A DNA stretch of 64,000 bases. It comes from a virus. A program made the translations under genes and the position numbers. Of the stretch, positions 35,800-43,699 are shown one piece after another. The notes under the pieces are model-generated. The model did no database searches, had not been told where the DNA came from, and saw nothing but the letters and a program-made list of their open reading frames with translations. Positions within the stretch are counted from its first letter, which is position 1. Every line of letters starts with the position of its first letter. The stretch spans positions 1-64,000 of IMG/VR virus record IMGVR_UViG_3300021181_000008; one strand, 5' to 3'.

Positions 35800-36836
35800 G
35801 CGCCACCGTCTACTACGACAACGCCGTGGACGCGGCTGCGGTCATCCCCGTGCAGTTCATCAACTACCTCACGGGCGTCGCGGCCGACCCGACTGCGATC
35901 TCCTGCGTGGTCACCGACCCGCTGGGCAACGTCACCACGTACACCTACGCGGCGGGCTCCGGCCTCAACGTCGTCACCCGCACGGGCACCGGCAACTACA
36001 GCCTGACGCTCGACGGCCTCACCTCGGCCGGGCTGTGGACGTTCGTGTGGATCGGCTCGGGCAACAGCGTCCAGCAGACCACGCCCGGCACCTTCCGCAT
36101 CGTCGCGCTGACCCAGGTCGGCCTCGGCATGCAGTACTGGTACGTGGGCAAGGAAGAACTCAAGTCGCGCCTGTCGATCCCGAACTCCGACACCGCGAAC
36201 GACTTCGAGATCCAGCTCGCCATCCAGTGCGTCACCAACTGGATCAACGAGTACTGCGGCGAGCACTTCTACCAGATCGCCGAGACGCGCACGTTCATGA
36301 ACGACAACATCTACACGCTGCCGATCGACGCCCTGGTGAGCACGCCCAGCATCGTTTCGAACACAGTGGTAAAGATCGACTACCAGGGCACGGGAGTCTT
36401 CTCGACCAACTGGGGCGCTCCCTCGTTCGCCGGCTCTCCTGGCGCGAACCCGACCTACACCCTCAAGCTGGGCACCGAGTCGCGGCGCGACAACTGGAAT
36501 GTCAACGCGGCGGGAGTTCCCCGTCCGTACCGGCAGCTCCAGGTGCTCACCGGCCTCAACAACGCCGCCGGAGGCCCTGGTCAGTGGCTGCCGTTCATCT
36601 GGCCGTTCACGTTCGAGGACCGGATCCAGATTCAGGGTACGTGGGGCTGGAATTTCGTCCCGCCGAATGTCCAGAACGCGGCCATGATGCTCGCGGTGGA
36701 CATGTTCAAGAGCAAGGACGCGCCGTGGGGCGTGGCGGGCATCGGAGACCTCGGCATCGTCAAGGTCCAATCTAACCCGTGGGTGGTGGAACTTCTTCGG
36801 CCGTACATCAACACCCGTCGAAAGGTAGGCGTTTGA
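35796..36836 (+). CDS. Head-tail adaptor with N-terminal Ig-like extension
   Basis: Y...EELK..L, I..YCG..F, WGW..VP..V..A, L.PY. Confidence 0.75.
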   Translation: MSATVYYDNAVDAAAVIPVQFINYLTGVAADPTAISCVVTDPLGNVTTYTYAAGSGLNVVTRTGTGNYSLTLDGLTSAGLWTFVWIGSGNSVQQTTPGTFRIVALTQVGLGMQYWYVGKEELKSRLSIPNSDTANDFEIQLAIQCVTNWINEYCGEHFYQIAETRTFMNDNIYTLPIDALVSTPSIVSNTVVKIDYQGTGVFSTNWGAPSFAGSPGANPTYTLKLGTESRRDNWNVNAAGVPRPYRQLQVLTGLNNAAGGPGQWLPFIWPFTFEDRIQIQGTWGWNFVPPNVQNAAMMLAVDMFKSKDAPWGVAGIGDLGIVKVQSNPWVVELLRPYINTRRKVGV

Positions 36837-37030
36837 TGCAGGACGAGTGGAGTTGGGAAGTCTTCGCCGGTTACTGGCTGGGCGCTAGCAATCGCTCGAA
36901 TAAGGATGAGAACGACCGACTCAAGTTCAAACTAGATACGCATCGAGACGAGTGGATCTATGTCGGGGCTCATCTAGCAGACATTCGACAGTGCGCAGAC
37001 GGTAGGTACCAGGGGAGGCCGCATGCCTAG
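36836..37030 (+). CDS. Hypothetical protein
   Basis: TGATG coupling. Confidence 0.4.
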   Translation: MQDEWSWEVFAGYWLGASNRSNKDENDRLKFKLDTHRDEWIYVGAHLADIRQCADGRYQGRPHA

Positions 37031-37607
37031 TCCTAATGGCAACTCGGAAGTCGAGCGCCGCACGCTGGAGGCTCAGCGCAAGGCAATTCTGACCGAGACA
37101 AAGGGTCACCGCGGAACGTTCAATCCGTGGACGAACTGCAAGACGATCTACAAGGGCCTCAACCAGCCCAAGCCGCACCCGCAGACCGGGGACATGATCA
37201 ACCTCGGCGAGCGCGTCACCTGGCGCATCATGGGCATCTACCGCAAGTGGATCGTCTTCATCGCGCTCCAGGTGCTCACCATTGTCTGGTGGACTAACCC
37301 GCACCTGTTCCCCGGTGGCCTCGTCGGCTGGAATCTGCTGTGGTCCGACCTTGCGGTCATGGTGGAGATGATCGTCGGCATCGCTTTCATGGCCCAGTCC
37401 ATGCGAGACGCCAAGGTCATTCGCGCCGAGATGAAGGAACTCCAGGCAGCGCATTCCGAGACGCACGAGATGCTCCAGAACAGGGCTGAGGACTTCCAGA
37501 TGCTGCGCGAGATCCACGCTGCCCTGACCCCCGGTGGCGACACCCAGCTTGTGGTCGAGCACGAGGACGGCCAGTCGGTGCTCAAGATGCAGGCCGACGA
37601 CTCCTGA
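37023..37607 (+). CDS. DUF1003-like membrane protein
   Basis: LGERV, two transmembrane helices, NL..S..A, coiled-coil tail. Confidence 0.6.
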   Translation: MPSPNGNSEVERRTLEAQRKAILTETKGHRGTFNPWTNCKTIYKGLNQPKPHPQTGDMINLGERVTWRIMGIYRKWIVFIALQVLTIVWWTNPHLFPGGLVGWNLLWSDLAVMVEMIVGIAFMAQSMRDAKVIRAEMKELQAAHSETHEMLQNRAEDFQMLREIHAALTPGGDTQLVVEHEDGQSVLKMQADDS

Positions 37608-37912
37608 TGCACTGGCACGCCATCTACTTCTGGCTGGAAGACCAGGGCGCGCTCTGGAAAGCCGTCGTCGGCTGGTGCGTGCTCGGCATACTCGGCTGGC
37701 TGGTCGGTGTGCTACCGTGGCGACGCAGCCGAGAGACACAGCGGAAGATCGCGGATAGGCTGAACACAGAGACGCCTGGCGGCCTCACGGACCTCGTGAC
37801 GGCAGTGAACAAGCTCGTCGAGAGGGACGGTCATGAGGGTGATAGTCGAGATCCTGGGACGGGTAGTGGGCTTCGAGGCGAGTCTCCTGCACGTGAAGAT
37901 GGTGAGCAGTGA
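37607..37912 (+). CDS. Membrane protein
   Basis: One transmembrane helix; TPGGL.D motif. Confidence 0.6.
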   Translation: MHWHAIYFWLEDQGALWKAVVGWCVLGILGWLVGVLPWRRSRETQRKIADRLNTETPGGLTDLVTAVNKLVERDGHEGDSRDPGTGSGLRGESPAREDGEQ

Positions 37913-38066
37913 CGACCAGCGTGAAGAGGTCGAGCAGCTAGGCCACGACCCGCACAGCACCGTCTGCTCCCAGGTCGAGCGCCGCAGCGACATGGAAGAC
38001 ATGTTCGGCAAGCAGAAGTTCGGCTTCGCCCACGTAACGGACACGCCCGATGGCAGCCAAGGCTAA
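37833..38066 (+). CDS. Hypothetical protein
   Basis: GAGGGA RBS. Confidence 0.45.
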   Translation: MRVIVEILGRVVGFEASLLHVKMVSSDDQREEVEQLGHDPHSTVCSQVERRSDMEDMFGKQKFGFAHVTDTPDGSQG

Positions 38067-39231
38067 GGCCCCGGTCAAGGCGAAGGTAGCTCCCAAGGCC
38101 AAGGTCGCGACCAAGGTCAAGGCGAAGCCCAAGGGGCTCGTGCTCACCTCGGCGCAGTGGAAAGCGTACAACAAGGCGTACAACGCCACAGCTCGCGCCG
38201 CAGCCCTCGCCGCTGCCGCCCAGCGGTTCCGAAAGGGACGGCTACAGTCGGCGTACAGCACGATAAAGAAGGCGAACATAGCCACTAGCCACGCCCGGAC
38301 TGCGGCCATCGCCGCGTACGCCGCCAAGCAGAGCTTCCGGCAGTCCCAGCTCGGCCACCAGAACACCGCGCTCCGGACGCGGATCGAGCAGGACATGTTC
38401 AACCACGCCACGATCGCCGGCCGGAAGCAGTACATCCAGGGCGGCGTCAAGGGCTACGCGCACCGTGCCGTCATGCGCACCATGGACACAGCTCAGGCCA
38501 CCTCCTACGAGCAGGCGATATTCGCGGCTGCGGCCCGGGCCGCCAAGGCGGGCAAGTCCACCGGCAAGAAGCGCGGCAGGCCATCCAAGGGCGGGGCTGG
38601 GGCCGCGATCAACGCTCAGGCGGCGGCAGCCGGGCTCAGGGCGGCCAAGGCGGTCAAGGGCACGTCCAAGGTAGCCAAGGCCAAGGCGAAAAAGGCGGCA
38701 GCGGCCAAGCCAGCGGTCAAGGCGTCGGGCGGTAAGTCCACCAAGGCACCCGCAGCCAAGCCCAAGGCCCGCACCGCGCCCTACCTCGGCGTCATGCGGA
38801 CGGTGACGTTCGACGGCAACGGCTACTGGCACCACGGCAACAACGAGTGGTCCGGCACCTGCATCATGACCGCCGTGGCCAACGCCCTGCACCACCAGAC
38901 CAAGTGGCGGCTGCCCGACGAGGACATCGCCTACTGGACCGGGCGGGCCGGCAGGCGGCCGACCATCGGCGGAGTTCTCTTCATGCTGTACGCCCTCCAG
39001 CCGTGGCCCGAGGTGGAGATCGACGTGCCGATCGCCGGAGCTGTGGCCGGCCCGCGCATCCTCGGCTTCGAGAACCAGTTCGGCGACCACGCGGCGTACG
39101 CCCTCGGGGACGGCACGATGGTCAGCTACGGCGAGCTGGTCGATCAGGCCGAGAACGTCGAGGAAGCGTGGTCGATCCGGTTCACTGAAGTAGCTGGCGT
39201 GCCCACGACCGTAGAAGCTCCCGAAGAGTGA
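38050..39231 (+). CDS. Lys/Ala-rich basic protein fused to a C-terminal peptidase-like domain
   Basis: AKAK/PAAK tracts, KKRGRP; C-terminal GTC..TAVAN...HA...SYG. Confidence 0.6.
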   Translation: MAAKAKAPVKAKVAPKAKVATKVKAKPKGLVLTSAQWKAYNKAYNATARAAALAAAAQRFRKGRLQSAYSTIKKANIATSHARTAAIAAYAAKQSFRQSQLGHQNTALRTRIEQDMFNHATIAGRKQYIQGGVKGYAHRAVMRTMDTAQATSYEQAIFAAAARAAKAGKSTGKKRGRPSKGGAGAAINAQAAAAGLRAAKAVKGTSKVAKAKAKKAAAAKPAVKASGGKSTKAPAAKPKARTAPYLGVMRTVTFDGNGYWHHGNNEWSGTCIMTAVANALHHQTKWRLPDEDIAYWTGRAGRRPTIGGVLFMLYALQPWPEVEIDVPIAGAVAGPRILGFENQFGDHAAYALGDGTMVSYGELVDQAENVEEAWSIRFTEVAGVPTTVEAPEE

Positions 39232-39409
39232 ACTGCACTGGCTCGTTACGCTTCGGCGGTGGGGCTTGCAGCGTCTTGTTGATCTCCTCCAGGGCGTCCG
39301 CGATGCGGGCGAGGGTAAGGTACCTGTCCTGCTCGGCCGCCCTGTTCTTCACGAGCCGTAGCTGAACTTCGGGGGGTAGCTTGTCCGCACTGTGCTTTTC
39401 TGCGCTCAT
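39182..39409 (-). CDS. Hypothetical protein (leaderless)
   Basis: TAAGCT + 7 nt + ATG on the - strand. Confidence 0.6.
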   Translation of the reverse strand: MSAEKHSADKLPPEVQLRLVKNRAAEQDRYLTLARIADALEEINKTLQAPPPKRNEPVQFTLRELLRSWARQLLQ

Positions 39410-39438
39410 GCCCGGCAGCTTACTGATATCGTTGTCAC

Positions 39439-39921
39439 GTGGCTAGTCTTGGTGCAGTGCGCGACGCCCTGGCAGCGTCTATTACCGCTAACGCGGTCCC
39501 CCAGCTCAACTGCGTCGCGCAGCCGCTCGACCAGATAACGCCGCCGTGCGCTCTCATCCTGCCGTCACGGTCCAACGTGGCCAAGTTCGGCATCTGCCTG
39601 GGTGAGGGCCTGGTCACTGACCAGGGAGTACCGTTCTCCCCGGCTGAGTTCAACCTGGACATCCTGATCATCGTGGCGCACGCCTCCACCACCGACCGCG
39701 TGCAGCAGATGCTCGACCAGTGGCTGGGGTTCGAGAACACTATGGACCCCGACACCGGCAACCAGACGGTCTCCGTGGCGTTCGCCATCGCGCAGGACCC
39801 CACCCTCGGCGGCTCTGTGGACTACGCCGAGTGCAACAACGTCATCAGTTACGGTCCGGTAGATTACAACGGCACGCCCTATTTCGGGGCACGGATCTCA
39901 GTGACGGTGAGCACGCAGTGA
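39439..39921 (+). CDS. Tail terminator protein
   Basis: VR..LA, PP..I.P, DPTLGG.V; position in tail module. Confidence 0.7.
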   Translation: MASLGAVRDALAASITANAVPQLNCVAQPLDQITPPCALILPSRSNVAKFGICLGEGLVTDQGVPFSPAEFNLDILIIVAHASTTDRVQQMLDQWLGFENTMDPDTGNQTVSVAFAIAQDPTLGGSVDYAECNNVISYGPVDYNGTPYFGARISVTVSTQ

Positions 39922-40178
39922 TGGACTACCCAGCACACGCCAAGGTCATCCTGACCGGCCCGGAAAGGGTGCGCACGACCTGCCTCGGCCTGGAGATCAA
40001 GACGCCGGGTGAGGAAGTGGAACTCGAACTCGTCGATTTCAACATCGACTACCGCGTCCCCCGCGTGGATGTCTCGTCCATCGGCGACGCCAATCTCGCC
40101 TGGGTTTCGAGCTACCCGGAGATCACCATCCGGGGCACCGGCTACCCCAAGATCAACAGGGATGGCACCTGGCGATGA
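39921..40178 (+). CDS. Truncated tail-tube paralog A
   Basis: RVDVSSIGDANLAWV matches KVDVTALGDTNLVWV of 41887-42345. Confidence 0.6.
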   Translation: MDYPAHAKVILTGPERVRTTCLGLEIKTPGEEVELELVDFNIDYRVPRVDVSSIGDANLAWVSSYPEITIRGTGYPKINRDGTWR

Positions 40179-40423
40179 GCCGCATCCACAACAAGAACGC
40201 GAAGATCCTCTTCTACGGCCCGGAGAGGGAAACATGCCTCGGGCTCATAATCCCCGGCGAGAAGACTGAGATCGAAGTCTCGGGCCTGAACATGGACTTC
40301 TCCGACATCAAGTACTCATCAGGCATGCTCGCGGGACTCAAGGACGCGTCCGGTGAGTTCACCGGCTATTTCGATAAGGGTGATTTCGATGGCGAGGATT
40401 CTCCTAGTCCATCCGGGGCCTGA
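40175..40423 (+). CDS. Truncated tail-tube paralog B
   Basis: MSRIH.KN and AGLKDASGEFTGYFD match the tail-tube sequences MSRIHGRN and AGLPDASGDFTGFFD. Confidence 0.65.
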   Translation: MSRIHNKNAKILFYGPERETCLGLIIPGEKTEIEVSGLNMDFSDIKYSSGMLAGLKDASGEFTGYFDKGDFDGEDSPSPSGA

Positions 40424-41489
40424 CTTCTCCGTCGCCGACGTGCACAACGGCTGGTACAAGGCGTTCAAGAAGCTCGGCCACCAGGTGATGGTGTACAACA
40501 CCAACGAGCGGCTCACGTTCTATGGCAACGCGCTGATGCCGACGAACGATCCCAAGCCCTGCTCGCACGGCCGGATCGAGACCAAGCAGGCAATGCCCGA
40601 CCCGCTGCACGTCACCCAGCACGCCACGGCCGGCCTGATGGAGACCTGCTACCTGTTCTGGCCCGATGTCATCTTCTTCATCAGCGGGTTCTTCCAGAAT
40701 GCGGCGACGCTCCAGGTGCTGCGAGAGCGCAACCACAAGATCGTTATGCTGCACACCGAGAGCCCGTACCAGGATGACGAGCAGATGGTCCGCGGGCAGT
40801 TCGCCGACCTCAACCTGCTCAACGACCCGGCGAATATACAGGCGTGGCGCGACCTGGACATCCCGGTGAAGTACGCGCCGCATTCTTACGACCCGGACGT
40901 CCACTATCCGGATGCGCTCGGCCTCAAGAAGGAATCCGACTTCACGTTCATCGGCACGGCATTCAACTCGCGGCAGAAGTTCTTCCACGAAATGGACTTC
41001 ACCGGCCTGGAGGTGTCCTTCGGCGGCAACGGCTGGGACCACGTGCTGCCCGAGTACGCCGACATCCTCAAGTTCCTCCGGCACGAGCCCGACACCTGCG
41101 TGGACAACTCCGAGACGGCGCGCATCTATCGCATCAGCAAGACCGGGATCAACTTCTACCGGCGCGAGGGCGAGGCCGAGCACGTCGGCGAGGGCTGGGC
41201 GATGGGACCGCGTGAAGTTGAAATGGCCGCCTGCGGCCTGTTCTTCCTGCGCGACTCGCGCCCCGAGTCCGACGAGGTGTTCGGCGGCAACCCGGCGCTT
41301 GGTATACCTGATGTGCTACCCACGTTCTCCGGCCCTGGTGACGCGGCCGAGAAGATCAAGTGGTGGGTGGCGCACGACGAGCTGCGGACGAAGTGGGCGG
41401 GCATGGCCCGCGACCGCATTTACGACCGCACGTTCAGCTCCTCGGCGCGCAACGCCTGCAAGTGGATGGAAGAGGCCGGAGTACTGTGA
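40389..41489 (+). CDS. CgeB-like GT-B glycosyltransferase
   Basis: TESPY, SYDP..H, DF.FIGT, R..E.AACG. Confidence 0.8.
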   Translation: MARILLVHPGPDFSVADVHNGWYKAFKKLGHQVMVYNTNERLTFYGNALMPTNDPKPCSHGRIETKQAMPDPLHVTQHATAGLMETCYLFWPDVIFFISGFFQNAATLQVLRERNHKIVMLHTESPYQDDEQMVRGQFADLNLLNDPANIQAWRDLDIPVKYAPHSYDPDVHYPDALGLKKESDFTFIGTAFNSRQKFFHEMDFTGLEVSFGGNGWDHVLPEYADILKFLRHEPDTCVDNSETARIYRISKTGINFYRREGEAEHVGEGWAMGPREVEMAACGLFFLRDSRPESDEVFGGNPALGIPDVLPTFSGPGDAAEKIKWWVAHDELRTKWAGMARDRIYDRTFSSSARNACKWMEEAGVL

Positions 41490-41788
41490 TCTGCCTGCCC
41501 TGCCGTAAGGCCGCCGTGATGTGGCGGGTCGGCGTGTGCACCACCGAGGGCTTTCCTCACTCGTCCGGTGAGCTGATCACCGAATGCGAGCGCGTTGTCC
41601 GCCATGAGATCGAGCAGGCGGGCGGGGTTGGCCAGCTTCTGGTCGCCGCCAAGGACGCTCACCAGAAGCAGGAAGTCAATCGGGGACTGCTCTACCACGT
41701 CACCCAGCTTCACGGGCCGGAGTACTGCCCCGGCTACACATGGTGTGATTGCCAGCATCATGTTCTGGACAAGCCTCTTTCCCCTTGA
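41486..41788 (+). CDS. Cys-rich hypothetical protein
   Basis: ICxPC...C...WCDCQH; GTGA overlap. Confidence 0.55.
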   Translation: MICLPCRKAAVMWRVGVCTTEGFPHSSGELITECERVVRHEIEQAGGVGQLLVAAKDAHQKQEVNRGLLYHVTQLHGPEYCPGYTWCDCQHHVLDKPLSP

Positions 41789-41816
41789 GGTAGCACTCCC
41801 TACACTGGGCATAGGA
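41785..41816 (+). promoter_or_regulatory. Conserved 32-bp late-promoter element (copy 2)
   Basis: 28/32 identical to 15293-15324. Confidence 0.7.
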
Positions 41817-41886
41817 CCCCCGTCGTGGTCGTGCGCACAGTGCACGGAGCCGGCACAGGAACGAACCCCGGAAAGGGTGACTGTCC

Positions 41887-42345
41887 GTGTCGCGTATCCA
41901 TGGCCGTAACGGCATGGTCTACCTCGCTGCAACCGGCCCTGGAGGTGGAGCTGCCTCTGGTACTGCGGTGGCGTCCCCGCTGGCGTTCGTTAGCGACTGG
42001 ACCATCAACTTCACCGTCGCCAAGGTCGATGTGACCGCGCTCGGTGACACCAACCTCGTCTGGGTGGCGGGTCTTCCTGACGCGTCCGGCGACTTCACCG
42101 GCTTCTTCGACACCGCGACCGCGCAGACGTACACCGCGTCGGTTGACGGCCTGAGCCGAAACTTCTACCTGTACCCGTCGCTGCTTGGCGTGCAGGGTGC
42201 GTCTCCGGGCCAGTACTTCTTCGGAGCCATCCTCCCCGACTTCAGCACCGCTGGCGGCGTGGCCTCGGCCGTGACGTTCAAGAGCACGTGGAACGCGGCG
42301 ACTCAGGTTGCCCGCTACCCGGCTGTCGGTATCGTCGGTACCTGA
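41887..42345 (+). CDS. Major tail (tube) protein
   Basis: DVT..GD....VAGL.D.SG...G.FD motif; precedes chaperone and tape measure; own promoter and terminator. Confidence 0.8.
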   Translation: MSRIHGRNGMVYLAATGPGGGAASGTAVASPLAFVSDWTINFTVAKVDVTALGDTNLVWVAGLPDASGDFTGFFDTATAQTYTASVDGLSRNFYLYPSLLGVQGASPGQYFFGAILPDFSTAGGVASAVTFKSTWNAATQVARYPAVGIVGT

Positions 42346-42351
42346 TCAATG

Positions 42352-42388
42352 GCGAAAGCCCCTCGATTGGTCGTCGAGGGGCTTTCGT
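42352..42388 (+). terminator. Intrinsic terminator
   Basis: GCGAAAGCCCCTCGA-N7-TCGAGGGGCTTTCGT. Confidence 0.75.
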
Positions 42389-42454
42389 GCCGGTCATCTG
42401 GGCCGGCGGCGTCACCAACGAGCGCTAGCCTACCAGATGATCGGAGCATGACAA

Positions 42455-42880
42455 GTGGCTTCCACGGAAACCCCCACCAAGCGTCAGCCTGCCGCGCGCA
42501 AGCCTCGCGTCAGCGAGTCCACCATGCAGCTCGCGGTGCAGGATCAGGACGCCCGCGTCCCCGAGGACGATCGCGCTGTCGAGACCAACGACGGCACCAA
42601 GGCCCCGCTGTGCGGCAAGCTGTTCAAGGTGGACACCGAGCAGGGTCTCATGCCCCTCATGGAGTGGGCTGCCGCGAACGACTCGGCCGACCCGCAGAAC
42701 GGCCCCCAGCTCGCCGCGCTGTTCTACATGCTCAAGGACATCGTGCACCCCGATGAGTGGGACGAGTTCCGCGTGCACGCCAAGGCGTCCAAGGCCAAGG
42801 GGCCGGACTTCCTGAAGTTCCAGGAGGCGGCGGCCGAGGTGATCGCGGCGGTCCCTACCGAGCAGCCAGAAACCTCCTGA
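42455..42880 (+). CDS. Tail assembly chaperone
   Basis: Follows the tail-tube gene; overlapped by a -1 frame ORF. Confidence 0.7.
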   Translation: MASTETPTKRQPAARKPRVSESTMQLAVQDQDARVPEDDRAVETNDGTKAPLCGKLFKVDTEQGLMPLMEWAAANDSADPQNGPQLAALFYMLKDIVHPDEWDEFRVHAKASKAKGPDFLKFQEAAAEVIAAVPTEQPETS

Positions 42881-43275
42881 GGTGGCTCCTCGCTTATTAC
42901 ACCCTGATCGACGGGCGGCTCCTGCTGTCCCACGGCCGAGGGCTGCACACTTTCACACCGCGCGAAGCGGTGAACATGGCCATCGCCTGGCAGACCGACG
43001 AGTTCCGGGCCGAGGACCGCGAGTTCCGCTGGTCTGGGAACAAGAAGGAAGCCGACGATCCGGTTGAGACCATCATCGAGCGCTGGCACGAGAAGATCGG
43101 GCTCAAGGTTGACCCGGCCGCGCAGGCGATGGAAGCGATGAAGGCGTTCTACAAGGCCACCGGCAAGGAGTGGGACGACACCCCCGTCACGGCCGACTGG
43201 CGTCAGAACGACGAGGAGATCCCAGGCAACTACATGGCCGGCCCGCGGGGCAAGCGCGGTGAGGGCGTCAAGTAG
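42851..43275 (+). CDS. Tail assembly chaperone, -1 frameshift extension (5' coordinate is the inferred slip site)
   Basis: Open -1 frame without a good start; candidate slip at GTC-CCT-ACC. Confidence 0.55.
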
Positions 43276-43327
43276 CTGGCACATGGCGTAGCACCCGAAT
43301 AAGCTGTACGTAGACTGGAGGTGGGGC

Positions 43328-43699
43328 ATGGCCGTGCGCGTGGATATAGACGAGGCCGAGCTGGACGACATGCTTCACAGCCCGGACGGGCTCGTCGGGC
43401 ACTACATCCAGGGGCTCGGGATCCAGGCTGCCGCGATTGCCCGCGCCATGGCTCCCCGCAAGGATCTCAAGAACATGTCGTGGAGCCCGGCTAAGTCCAC
43501 GTCGTACCCCTCGATCGAATTTCCCGGCCTGACGCTGGTCAGCTCGATTAACGCCGCATTCGGCTACAACAAGGCCGGCAATATGTACGGCGGGGTGAAC
43601 GTGAACTACGGGCCGACGCTGTTCCTGACCAAGCCCGCCAAGCAGATCCATCACGAGTACGCGTTCATGACTGAGGCTCTGTACGGAGTGGCCCTGTAA
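43328..43699 (+). CDS. HK97 gp10-like tail completion protein
   Basis: L.SP.G.V...G...A..AR..AP, F...AL; GGAGG RBS. Confidence 0.6.
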   Translation: MAVRVDIDEAELDDMLHSPDGLVGHYIQGLGIQAAAIARAMAPRKDLKNMSWSPAKSTSYPSIEFPGLTLVSSINAAFGYNKAGNMYGGVNVNYGPTLFLTKPAKQIHHEYAFMTEALYGVAL

